DNA from: a bacterium
GTDB lineage: Bacteria > UBA8248
Direction of reading: 5' to 3'
Assembly: GCA_965207065.1 (NCBI GenBank)
Contig: OZ242260.1
Location: 1,440,001 to 1,504,000 of the forward strand
DNA: 64,000 nt
The notes under the pieces were generated by a model that saw only the letters and a list, made by a program, of their open reading frames with translations, was not told where the DNA came from and searched no databases. Of this stretch, positions 39,497 to 49,388 are shown one piece after another. Position 1 is the stretch's first letter; each line of letters starts with the position of its first letter. Made by a program: the position numbers and the translations under genes.

Positions 39497-39606
39497 TTAT
39501 GCCGATATCGGCATAACCAATCTAATGCCGCTAACCGGATTATGCCGCGTTCGTCTTCGAACCCCTTGATTCCGCTCACTTGCGCTCTCGCTTTGTCGGC
39601 ATAATC
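39497..39606. repeat. RIT left inverted repeat with palindrome TTATGCCGATATCGGCATAA
   Basis: Near-perfect reverse complement of 42899-43008; repeated T(T/A)ATGCCG motifs. Confidence 0.9.
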
Positions 39607-40600
39607 ACAGCCTCTCCAGATAGTCGAGCAAGGCGTCGGATGGCCGGTATCGACCGGGCGGAACGTCTAGCGGCCTGGTTCTTTCCATTGCCTTTTCCTT
39701 CACACGGAGGTCGGCGTGCAGGTAGACGCGGGTGGTCTCGACCGATTCGTGACCGAGCCAGAGCGCGATGACGGTGCAACCGACGCCTCGATACAGAAGC
39801 TCCATCGCCGCGGTGTGGCGCAGGGAGTGGGGGCTCACGCGCTTGCCCTCGAGGGTCGGACACCCTCGGGAGGCCAGCGCCGCGTATTTCCTGACGATGC
39901 GCTCGACGGCGTCACGGCTGAGAGGCCTGTTGCGGTTGCTCGGGAACAGCGGCTGATCGTCCGTACCGCCCCGCTCGGCCAGCCACGCGCGCAGGAGCGC
40001 CACCGTGTCTGCCCTGAGCGGGGTCGAGCGCTCCTTTCTTCCCTTGCCGCGGCACCGCACGTGGGCGCCCGCGCCGAGAACGACGTCGCCGCGGCGCAGG
40101 GCGATCAGCTCCGAGACCCTGACTCCGGTCTGCACGCACAGATGGAGAAGGGTCCTGTCCCGCCGTCCGTACCAGGTCGAGGGGTCGGGCGCGGCGAGGA
40201 GCGCCTCGGTCTGCTCGCGGTTCAGGTAGTCGAGTACGCGCTTCTCGCTGCGCTTCGCGGGAAGGGCGAGCACCCGCTGGCAATGGTGCAGGAGTTGCGG
40301 CTCGCTGATGGCGACGTACCGGAAGAACGAGCGGATCGCGGCCAGTCTTGTGTTGCGGCTGCGGGCGCTGTTGCCCCGCGAGGCCTCCACGAAGTCGAGG
40401 AAGCGCCCGACGAGGTCGGCATCGATATCGCTCACCAGCAGATCGGTCGGCCGGCGGCCGAGACGCTCCCCGGCGAAGTTCAGCATCAGCCGGAAGGTGT
40501 CCCGGTAGCTCGCTACCGTATTGACGCTGGCCGCCATCTGGCCGAGGAGGCGTTCGGTGAAGAAGCGTTGCACGAAGGCCGGAAGCGGATGCGTTGTCAT
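39605..40600 (-). CDS. Tyrosine recombinase RitC
   Basis: TG.RVSE, GKGRKER, SPHSLRHT.A, LGH, Y. Confidence 0.9.
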   Translation of the reverse strand: MTTHPLPAFVQRFFTERLLGQMAASVNTVASYRDTFRLMLNFAGERLGRRPTDLLVSDIDADLVGRFLDFVEASRGNSARSRNTRLAAIRSFFRYVAISEPQLLHHCQRVLALPAKRSEKRVLDYLNREQTEALLAAPDPSTWYGRRDRTLLHLCVQTGVRVSELIALRRGDVVLGAGAHVRCRGKGRKERSTPLRADTVALLRAWLAERGGTDDQPLFPSNRNRPLSRDAVERIVRKYAALASRGCPTLEGKRVSPHSLRHTAAMELLYRGVGCTVIALWLGHESVETTRVYLHADLRVKEKAMERTRPLDVPPGRYRPSDALLDYLERL

Positions 40601-41539
40601 GACGCTTCCCCCTCTGTGAAGGAACGCTCGCCGCGCTCCGTGGCCAGGCGCAGGAGTTCGGGCACCGCCTCGATGTACCAGTAGGTTCCCGCGGGGTCCG
40701 TATGACCGAGCCAGGTGCTGAGCTTGTACATCTCCCGGTCGGGGTCGCATCCCGAGCGGAACCACTCGAGGATCGTCATCGAGGCCATGGTGTGGCGCAG
40801 GTCGTGGATCCGGGGACCGCGCCCGCGCCCTGCCTGTCGCTTTCGAAGGCCGACGTCCTTGCCGACGACGGCAAAGGCGTGTCCGGCGATCTTGATGTTG
40901 AGCCGGCGCTCGTTCTCGCCGACGAAGAACGCCTCCGACACTCTCCCGAGGATGCGGTCACGCCGGGCGCGATAGGCGCGCAGACGCTCCGCTGTGCACT
41001 CCGTGAAGGGAACGAAGCGGCTCATTCCTTTCTTGTCTCCCCTGACGCGCAGGACGGCCGCGTCGGTATCGACGTCTGTGTCATCGAGCCCGACCGCTTC
41101 TCCGATCCGCAGTCCGGTGACCGCGACCAGGCCGAACAGGGTCGCATAGGTGGCGCCGCGCAATCCCCGCCGCGACTTCAATCGTGTGGCTGCTCTCACG
41201 ATTGCGGCGATCTCCTCTTCGGTATAGATGTAGGGCCGCAGGCGCCGTTGCCGGTGCGGGATCAGGCCCTTGGGCGGGACTTCCGTCCGCGGGTCAATGA
41301 CCCTGGAGCCAGAACGCGAAGCCGCGCACCACCGAGAGGCGGATCGCCCAGGTGTGCGTGGAGCCCGCGCCGAAGCGGTTTTTCCAGCGTAGGAACAGAT
41401 CGGCGGTGATCCGTTCATCGCCCTCGGCATCGGCGAAGGTGGCGAACGGACGCAGGATGAGGCCGCCCGAGGCGGGGTTGCCGCCATAGCGGCGGCGCTC
41501 GGCGAGGTAGTGGTCGAGCAATTCCGTGAACGTTCTCAT
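40597..41539 (-). pseudogene. Tyrosine recombinase RitB, frameshifted near 41300
   Basis: N-terminus MRTFTELLDHYL..WLQG continues in another frame as IDPRTEVPP..PYIY..TGLRIGEA..HDLRHT..LGH..TYWY. Confidence 0.85.
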
Positions 41540-42750
41540 CGGGCGCCTCCCTGTAGCGGCCATGGCCTGGCGAGCGGACGCAGGGCCTCGACGTCGTAGC
41601 GGGCGTAAATCGTGGTCGTGGCGCGTCTGCGGTGCCGAAGGACGTCGCCGATATCGTCGAGCGACGCGCCCCGGTCCAGCATGTCGACGGCGAGCGAGTG
41701 GCGCAGCAGGTGGCCTCGGACCTCGCCCCTGGGCGGGCGCAGCTCCGTTTTCTCGAAGGCCTGGCGGAGAATGCGCCGGACGACCAGGGATGAGCCGAAC
41801 GGCCGGTAAGGGGCCTTGGCGGTGACGAACAGGTGGCGCGCGCCGCCCGCGCGCGCGCCCTGAAGATAGCCGGCGATCGCCTCTCCCACGTCCACGGGAA
41901 TCGGCATGCACTCATGCTGTTCGCCCTTGCCGCGGACCAGTATCTCTCCGGCCCGCCAGTCGATGTCCTCGAGCCGGATCGCAATCACCTCCTGCGCGCG
42001 AAGGCCGAGCCGGGCCATCAGCAGCACGATGGCGTAGTCGCGGCGGCCGGTCCCGGCGCGGCCGCGGACTGCGTCGATGAGGCGCCGGACCTCACCGGGT
42101 TCCAGATGGCGCGCCAGGGCGCCGGCGCGCGGCCCGGAGACCCTCGGAACGCAACTTCTCAGGTCGCGCCGGATACTGCCCGTTGCGAACAGGAAGCCGA
42201 ACATGCTGCGCAGGCACATCGCCTTGTAGACGCGGTTCGTCCTGCCGGTTGCCGGATCGGGCGAATCGAGGAAAGCCGCGACGTCGTCGCGCGTGATGGC
42301 GTTCAAGTCACCGGGTTGCGTACCGAACCGGAAGGTCAGGAATCGCCTCAGCACATTCTGGCGAATCGAGACGGTCTTCGGGGCGAGTCCGCGTTGCCGG
42401 CGAAGCCAGTCTCCGTACGCCAGGCTCAGTTCATCGAGCGGCCCGGGTTCCCGTGGCGCCGTTTGACGGGGCGCCGCCGCCACGCCGGCATCGATCAGAT
42501 GCCCGATGAACCGCGCGATGAGTCGCTCCCGCTGCCGTGTCACGGCAAGTTCAACGCAGACGTCCACGGAAGCGGGGTCGCGATCATGGACCCGTGCGCA
42601 GAACCAGTCGACGGCGCACCGGTAATCATCGACCGTCTTGGCGGCGTAACCGAGGCTGCGTAACTCTGCCAGGAACGCGTCGCGATGAGGCGCCAGCCGG
42701 CCGGGGCCGCCCGGCGCCGAAGATGTTTCACGATTGAGGCTGGAAGACAT
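41536..42750 (-). CDS. Tyrosine recombinase RitA
   Basis: RDYA, LGLRA.E, GKG, HLLRHSLA, LRH, TT.IYA. Confidence 0.9.
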   Translation of the reverse strand: MSSSLNRETSSAPGGPGRLAPHRDAFLAELRSLGYAAKTVDDYRCAVDWFCARVHDRDPASVDVCVELAVTRQRERLIARFIGHLIDAGVAAAPRQTAPREPGPLDELSLAYGDWLRRQRGLAPKTVSIRQNVLRRFLTFRFGTQPGDLNAITRDDVAAFLDSPDPATGRTNRVYKAMCLRSMFGFLFATGSIRRDLRSCVPRVSGPRAGALARHLEPGEVRRLIDAVRGRAGTGRRDYAIVLLMARLGLRAQEVIAIRLEDIDWRAGEILVRGKGEQHECMPIPVDVGEAIAGYLQGARAGGARHLFVTAKAPYRPFGSSLVVRRILRQAFEKTELRPPRGEVRGHLLRHSLAVDMLDRGASLDDIGDVLRHRRRATTTIYARYDVEALRPLARPWPLQGGAR

Positions 42751-42898
42751 GTGCCGCTCCTTTCCCTGTAAGGTGGATGGAGCGAACGAGCATCGGCCAA
42801 TCCGGCGTCCGCTTCCAGATCGTCGATTGGGAAATCGCCCGGGTATCGCCGTGCGAGCGAACTCTCCGCGTGCTAAAAACAGGTTCAGGGATGCTCCC

Positions 42899-43008
42899 GA
42901 TTATGCCGACAAAGCGAGAGCGCAAGTGAGCGGAATCAAGGGGTTCGAAGACGAACGCGGCATAATCCGGTTAGCGGCATTAATGGCATTATGCCGATAT
43001 CGGCATAA
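42899..43008. repeat. RIT right inverted repeat
   Basis: Mirror of 39497-39606; palindrome at 42989-43008. Confidence 0.9.
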
Positions 43009-44186
43009 CGCCAGGGAACGGGCGATCCGCGGGCCGGCCATCGGGCGCCGATTGAGCTTCGGTTCCAACAGCGAGGACGGCGCGAAGTTCACCGCCACCA
43101 TGTACTCCGTCATCGGCACGCTCTCGATGAACGGCATCGACGTGCCGCGCTGGCTGGAGGCATGGTTGGACGCCTGCGCGAAGAATGGCGGCAAACCGCC
43201 GGACGACCTGTCCCCTTGGCTGCCCTGGACGATGAGCGACGCGCGCAGGCGCAAGTTCACGGCGCAGGAATGACCGGCGCCATCGAGTGCCGGTACCACG
43301 GGCGCGACTTCACCACCGATGAGATGGCGCTGCTGCGCGCCCTGATCGCCGCCGATCCACAGCCGACCCGCGCCGCCCTGTCCAGAGAGTTCTGCCGGCG
43401 TATCGGCTGGCTCAAGCCCGACGGCGGCCTCAAGGACATGATGGCCAAGGTGACCATGCTCGCCATGCACCGCGACGGCGTGATCGCCCTGCCGCCGCCG
43501 AGGGGCAGGCAGGGCCGGCCCAAGCCCATCGTCTTCGGGCCTGACACCGAGCAGCCGCTGTTCCCCGCGCCGAGGACACTCGACGAGGTTCGCCCGCTCG
43601 ACTTCCGCACCGTCGTGCGCAATACCCGGGAAGGCAGGCTCTGGAACGAGTTCGTCGCCCGCTACCACTACCTCGGCTACAAACGCCTGGTCGGCGCCCA
43701 GATGCGCTACGCCGTCCATGACCGAAACGGCTGGCCCGTCGCCATGCTCGGCTTCTCCACCGCCGCATGGAAGCTCGCCCCGCGCGACCGCTTCATCGGA
43801 TGGACGCCCGAGATGCGCGAGAAGAATCTGCTGCTGGTGGTGGACAACCCGCGCTTCCTGATCCTGCCATGGATCAAGATCCCCAACCTCGGCTCCCACC
43901 TCCTCGCCATCGTGCGCCGTCGCCTGCCCCGCGACTGGACCGCGCGCTAAAACGTCACCCCGGTGATCATCGAGACTTTCGTCGAGACCCCGCGCTACAC
44001 CGGCGCGGTCTACCGCGCCTCGGGCTGGACCCGCGTCGGGACCACCCAGGGGCGCGGGCGCTACGACACCCACATGAAGCGGGCGGAGCCCAGGAAGGAC
44101 ATCTGGCTGCGGCCGCTGAGACGAGACTGGAAGCGAACGCTCAATCGCTGAAATCACCATCCATCACCTGAGAACGGAAGCATTAC
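43009..44186 (+). mobile_element. 3' half of a second, divergent IS66-like element (transposase C-terminus + DUF4338 + terminal repeat)
   Basis: NARERAIRGPAIGRRLSFGS..LPW ends at 43273; end CCATCACC..CATTAC at 44161-44186. Confidence 0.8.
43270..44151 (+). pseudogene. DUF4338 protein with in-frame TAA at 43948-43950
   Basis: Colinear with 38355-39227; TAA sits where the paralog has Tyr. Confidence 0.85.
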
Positions 44187-45480
44187 CCTCCTCGCCATGG
44201 CCACACCGCTCATGGGCCGCGACCACCACGTCACGTGCGTGCATCGTCTTCAGCCCGTTCGCCTTCTCGATCGGCAACGCATCGGGGGCGGGGAAGTTGG
44301 TCATTTAGGCCCGGATCGCGTAGGCGGGCCTGCCGTTTGCGGCCGCGAGTTCTCCCTCACCCAGGCCCAGCGACCCGGGGATGACGCGCCGGGTCACCAC
44401 GTAGCGGATCACGTGATGCGGCAGCGAGCGGCGACACTCCGACGAGACGTAGGGAAGCTCGGCGCATTCGAGTTTCGGCTTGTCCGGCCCCGCCGCACCG
44501 ACCCCCGTCTCGGCCGGCGCCGCCACCGGCTGCCAGGCATCGTCCGTGAGCCGCGCCACCTCCGCCATCAGCTGCGCCGAGCGTGTCGCGCCGCAGATCA
44601 GCCCGATGGTCCCGAACCGACGGGTCCCCTCGCTACGGAAGCCAGGGTCGTTGCAGGTGCGGATCACGTCGTCCTGATAGCCCGCCCCGTCGGTGCGCAG
44701 CGTGACCCGGCGGACATCCCCGGGCGGCTGCAACAGGGTCTCCCGGAGTGCGCGCTCGTTGTCGAGCTTCGCCGGCACGTTGCCGTCACGGCTCTCCAGC
44801 CACGGCACCATCCCGATCTCGGGACAGAAGGCGACCAGCGGGTGGTAGCCCCGCTCGCCCGGAACCAGACCCTCCGCCGCGCGGTAGGTATACAGGCACT
44901 CGCGCTTGCCGGACGCGATGATCGTCGCATCGAGGTCGATGGTCAGCGCGACCGCGCCCGCCTCGCGCACCCCTTCCGCCATTAGACGCCGGCCCACCTC
45001 GCGGAACAGTTCGTGGCGCTCGGTGTGCGCCGGGATGAAGGCCGTGCCCTTCTCGCGCTCGACGTCATGCACCCCCGCGATATGGAACCGGTCGAGCCAG
45101 TCGCGCAGCGAGCGCGCCGAGGGAAAGCAGCGCTCGCGTCCGCCCCGGAACCGCCTGGCGATGGCGCGCCGCGACAGCCCCAGCAGCTTCGGCTCGAAGC
45201 GACCGAGCATCGCGCAAAGCCCCGCATCGACCTCCAGATGCTCGATGTCCGACACCCGGTCGAACCCGGTGACGTTGAGAACCAGTACCGCGAGGATCAT
45301 CTGCGCGTCGCTCCAGCCTTGCGCCGGGCTGCCGCCTGTGCATGGGAGGCCAATCAGGATGCGCTTCGCCGCCAGCACTTCGAACAGCAACACCAGCCCG
45401 CCGCGTGCCGTCGCGGCCGCGCCCTCCCGAGACACTTCGAGCTTGCTCGGAGAGCGATAAGGCTGTACCATGGTCTTCAC
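44187..45480 (-). pseudogene. IS1380-family transposase, with nonsense codon and truncated by the IS66 end
   Basis: T..GGL, DLDAT, GYHPL, R.GN, RTDGAGY; TAA at 44305-44307, then MTNF..ERCGHGEE cut at 44187. Confidence 0.8.
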
Positions 45481-45625
45481 TCGGCTGGTGACGCCCCAAG
45501 GGGCGGGTTAGAGGCACTAACCCATCGTAAGCAATGGCCCAGCCGGGCACTCACCCTTTTCTGCTCGCCGATCGGGGCTTCGGTTGGTATATGTTAAAGA
45601 TGGGCTAACCACGGGAGAAAGACGC

Positions 45626-46528
45626 ATGGCATACCTAAATGGACAATCGGGGCGAGCCGCGATGCAGGCGGTTGTCGCCGCGTCCGCCCTGTTAATTCTT
45701 GCTTCCTGCGGAGGCGGTGGTGGGGACAGAAACAGCGGCCCTGCTTCCTTTCCAACTTCCAGCAGCATCCAAGTTCTGACCAACTCGCAACCTCCGCAAG
45801 AAACACCGGCCGATGTTTCGTCAAGGCTGGCGGAGGTTATTTCCCGAATGGACTCCTTGTTCGCCTCAACATGGTTCGAACAACCACGTGAACCGTCTGC
45901 TTCAACGCTCAGTGTCCCATCATCATGTGACGGGACAACATGCAGGTTTGAGCCACAAACCGGGGGTTCGGTCACTTACGACCAGAACAATATCGAGTAC
46001 GACCCCACGACGAACAAAACCGTTCTCAGCAAGCATGGAATTACCATTACTAGGGCCGGGGCAAGTTACGGATCCTTGATGAACCACAGCCTGTTTTCAA
46101 TTTTAAGCGATGATAATGGGGAAGCCAATGCCTTGCGCCGTTTCTCTTATGCTGGCGGGGACCTGACGGGATCACGGCCAAGCGCATCCGCCACTTGGCA
46201 CGGAATCATGGTAGGAGTTCCGATTGCCGCTCCCGGGCGCAACGATTTCCTGCAAGGGGACGCAATCCTAACCTACGACTTCTCGGGAAGTTCTCTTGAT
46301 GCGTCGTTCACCAACATCAAGGACATCACGAGGAATCGTGATCACTCTGTCCCCAGCGTCCGGTTCCCTGATGTTCCTGTAGCTTCGAGCGGGACATTTC
46401 AGTTTCAGGACGGGACAAAGGGGAACCGCATTCAGGGTGGGTTTTACGGCCCCGGACATACCGAGACGGCGGGCACCTTCGAGCGGTCGGGCATCGTCGG
46501 TTCTTTCGGAGCCAAACATCGGCCCTAA
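45626..46528 (+). CDS. Surface lipoprotein with TbpB-like C-terminal beta-barrel
   Basis: Lipobox LASC-GGGGG; ATW.G.M.G ... GGFYGP...AGTF...GSFGAK. Confidence 0.75.
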   Translation: MAYLNGQSGRAAMQAVVAASALLILASCGGGGGDRNSGPASFPTSSSIQVLTNSQPPQETPADVSSRLAEVISRMDSLFASTWFEQPREPSASTLSVPSSCDGTTCRFEPQTGGSVTYDQNNIEYDPTTNKTVLSKHGITITRAGASYGSLMNHSLFSILSDDNGEANALRRFSYAGGDLTGSRPSASATWHGIMVGVPIAAPGRNDFLQGDAILTYDFSGSSLDASFTNIKDITRNRDHSVPSVRFPDVPVASSGTFQFQDGTKGNRIQGGFYGPGHTETAGTFERSGIVGSFGAKHRP

Positions 46529-46600
46529 ACCAACATAGATCTCCTATGAGGCGCGCAGAACTGGCGTTATCGCTCTGCATATGTTCCCTCTATAGGAGAT

Positions 46601-46763
46601 ACGGATATCGAGGCCACCTTCCGCAGCCTCTAATCCGAGTTCGGCCTTCGCCCGATCTGGCACCAGTTCGACCGTCGCATCGCGGCCCACCTGCTGATCG
46701 CCGTGCTGGCCTATCACGCCGTGCATCTGATCCGCACCCGGCTGGCCGCGCGGGGCATCCACA
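46601..46763 (+). pseudogene. IS1634-family transposase fragment
   Basis: TDIEATFRSL*SEFGLRPIWHQ..RRI.AHLLIAVLAYH. Confidence 0.7.
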
Positions 46764-46792
46764 GTGTTCCCCGCCCGCGCGGGGATGAACCT
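46764..46792 (+). CRISPR. Single orphan type I-E-like CRISPR repeat (no array)
   Basis: GTGTTCCCCGCCCGCGCGGGGATGAACCT, 29 nt with a CCCCGC/GCGGGG hairpin; no second copy seen. Confidence 0.75.
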
Positions 46793-46910
46793 AGTTGAAG
46801 CCCCATGGCAAAACTCGCTAAGTCCTTATCGAATAACTGATAAGCTGATCTATTCATCGTTTAGAGGGTTTGGATTCTGAAGTTCGTAAGACTGTAATTA
46901 CAAGCTCGAC

Positions 46911-47813
46911 TCAGATTGTCGAGAGTGTGTCTCGAAGCTTTGTCCACAGTTGGCGTTCTTGCTGATAGCGGTCCCCCGCCAATTCCAACTCATCAGGGGA
47001 CAGCTCCTTCAAGAATGCGAAACCCCGCGCGCAATCGGCAGTGATTTGTTCCTGCTCGATCGTCTGTGTTTTCCGGACCAGTTGCCTGAGGTCGTCCCAA
47101 TCGAAGGCATCGGCCTCCTGAAATTTCGCCATGAGTGCGTCCGGGTCGAAGACGTCTCCTGCCTGCCAGAGCTTGAGCACGACGAGCCGACGAATTAGCG
47201 GTTTATCGAGCGGCCGGGTCGCAAACATAGCGAGGTCGTAAATGTCACGTGCCTTGTTTCGCTGGAAGCAAGCACGAAGCTTCTCGGCGATAATTTCGGG
47301 CAGTGCCAAGCATGTGATGTCGACTGGGTCGAAGGGTAAGTGTCGGAAGTAACTCTGTGAGCATTGCGATTTCCGTGACAAGGAAAGACTGGGTATCTCC
47401 CGCTGGCTGATCTGAATCCTGATCTCGCTTTCTCCGCCTGGATTCCATTCGTGTGCGTAAACCGGATTGACACCCCATGACAAACCATCCTGCGTTTCGT
47501 AGTAGCTGCCATCCGAAATGCTGAACTGGATTCCGTGAAACGGATGCTCGAACGCTTCCATTATGGCAAGGATGACGTCTTCGTGATCGTGCTCTTCGGT
47601 CCCCGTAAAATCAAGATCGGTCGAAAATCGCCCTCCACTTCCGATGAACATCTTGCGCAGGCAGGTGCCACCTTTGAAGGCGAGCCTTTCTAGAATTCCG
47701 TGCTCTGCCATCAGCTGGAGCATGTAGGTGAGCACGACTTCGATTTCTGCGATCATGATGTTGCGCAGCCCGGCTTCTGCGGAGTAGCGCTGGACCTGTG
47801 GACGGGTAAGCAT
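46911..47813 (-). CDS. abiEii: AbiEii nucleotidyltransferase toxin (type IV TA)
   Basis: FKGGT.L, RFSTDLDF, AEK.RA...R...RD.YD. Confidence 0.9.
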   Translation of the reverse strand: MLTRPQVQRYSAEAGLRNIMIAEIEVVLTYMLQLMAEHGILERLAFKGGTCLRKMFIGSGGRFSTDLDFTGTEEHDHEDVILAIMEAFEHPFHGIQFSISDGSYYETQDGLSWGVNPVYAHEWNPGGESEIRIQISQREIPSLSLSRKSQCSQSYFRHLPFDPVDITCLALPEIIAEKLRACFQRNKARDIYDLAMFATRPLDKPLIRRLVVLKLWQAGDVFDPDALMAKFQEADAFDWDDLRQLVRKTQTIEQEQITADCARGFAFLKELSPDELELAGDRYQQERQLWTKLRDTLSTI

Positions 47814-47816
47814 GGC

Positions 47817-48674
47817 TCAACTTACCCGGTCGACCGTGTGCCGCCGTGCGAGACTGGCACTCTCGCGCAGTTCCTCTATCCCGACGTTGACGTTGAGCTG
47901 CCAGGCGTCCTGATAGCCGATGGCGCTGGGTTTGGGGTTTCTCGGGCCGAGGAATGCCTTGCTGTTTCCTTTCGATAAATCGAGAAGATGTGCGTAGACG
48001 TCGTTAGGGACGGTGGCACCGGCATGATCGGCCAGCCATCCGAAACGTCGCGTGAGGGTGCGGGAGGCAATCCGTTCCAGATAGTTGGTCGCCCTGTACC
48101 AGTCGATGCGACGGCATGCTGTTGCGAGAATAGTCGCGGCCTCTCCCTCACCGCCGGCGAGGTCTGGGCGGTCGATGCAGTCGATGACGGTCTTCTCCCG
48201 GTCCGACATCATGACCGTGTAACCCAGCACCTCGACTGGCCCGAACCCGAAGAATTTGCATTGGACCGGATTGATGATACGGACATCGGTATCGAGCACA
48301 CGCCGGTTGCGCGTACGCACTGGTGTGACGAGCTGAACTACATGGCGGTGCTGTGTTGTGAACCCGTAGTGCGTCGCGGCCGTGCCGTAGCCGAAGTAAT
48401 AGGGGTCGGCGATGCGGCTGGCGAGTGCCAATACATTGCTTTCCCCTAGGGCGTCTGGGCCCATTTCAGGAGGTATGAGCAGATACCGGCCCCAACTCGC
48501 GCGTTCCAGCCAACCCTTCCGGCGCAGCGCCCGGATCACATGATCCGCAGCTTGCGGGCTGACGCCCAGCATGTCGATGATCTCCTGGCGCTCCACTTCC
48601 TTGCTGCCGTGCTCTGCCAGACTGAGGACGACACGGCTTTCCTGGGGCGATAACGACCGAGTATTGAACGCCAT
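47817..48674 (-). CDS. abiEi: AbiEi antitoxin/transcriptional regulator
   Basis: N-terminal wHTH L..KGWL.R...G.Y; TA...YG.T.Q; FFG; SD.EKT..DC. Confidence 0.88.
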   Translation of the reverse strand: MAFNTRSLSPQESRVVLSLAEHGSKEVERQEIIDMLGVSPQAADHVIRALRRKGWLERASWGRYLLIPPEMGPDALGESNVLALASRIADPYYFGYGTAATHYGFTTQHRHVVQLVTPVRTRNRRVLDTDVRIINPVQCKFFGFGPVEVLGYTVMMSDREKTVIDCIDRPDLAGGEGEAATILATACRRIDWYRATNYLERIASRTLTRRFGWLADHAGATVPNDVYAHLLDLSKGNSKAFLGPRNPKPSAIGYQDAWQLNVNVGIEELRESASLARRHTVDRVS

Positions 48675-48899
48675 AGTTCCATCCAATGCGAAACATCATC
48701 AAAACTGCGTTTTCGCGAAAAAAGTATCATGCACCAGAATAACAATCAATATAATATGTAACAAAACAAAGATATTATTCATGTTTTGTTACATATTATA
48801 TCATCGCTCACGGTCGGCACCCAAGACACTCCGGCATACTCCGCAAATTCGAGAATGGGCAAATACGTCGGCGGAAGACCGCCATCCCCTAGAGCAATG

Positions 48900-49380
48900 T
48901 CCCGCACCAGTAAGCATTATCTAATGCCATTTTCGGCATGATGCGTGTCGCTGACGTGCAGCGCTGGTTCGATTCCATGAGCGACACCCCATCAACTCCA
49001 ATCGGACTTTGCCTGTGCTCTAATGATGTGACAGACGGGGCTTTGGGAGTTTCACCCTCAGCGTTCACACCTCAGTAGCAACATGCGCTGCTAAATGGCA
49101 AAGCCGCACGAGCAGTTCATGTCGCCGGACAAGCTGAAGCACTTAGGCTCCATGCTCGCTCACGCTGATGGCAATCAGGCTACAGTAGAACCCCGGCTCT
49201 ACTACTCGCAGAGGTACGGTCCTCGGAAACCACCGGCCTCAGATGGAACTGGATATTCGGCACCAACGTGGTGCTGCCCGATAGCAAGACTGACCGAAGG
49301 CAGACCAGCTTCCACTGCCCGCGCGAGTTACCTCCCCACTGGGAAATCTAGATTCGACGGAGAGATGGGGCGTCTCTAAC
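48900..49380 (+). pseudogene. Heavily decayed tyrosine (phage-type) integrase
   Basis: Fragments across frames: ADVQRWFDSM, NRTLPVL, RSSETTGLRWNWI, VLPDSKT. Confidence 0.6.
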
Positions 49381-49388
49381 CCAGGCTA

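Larger units (their letters stand above)
39497..43008 (-). mobile_element. RIT element (recombinase in trio)
   Basis: Three ATGA-overlapping tyrosine recombinase genes between about 110-bp inverted repeats. Confidence 0.9.

Noticed and set aside
39232-39579. ORF MSGIKGFEDERGIIRLAAL.. and its mirror in 42734-43273 as a novel gene pair
   Set aside because: These are chance read-throughs from the RIT inverted repeats into IS66 transposase tails
38355-44151. Druantia defence system
   Set aside because: Only DUF4338 is present; there is no DruE helicase or other dru genes, and the context is an IS
46764-46900. CRISPR array
   Set aside because: Only one repeat was found; no regular repeat-spacer series and no cas genes
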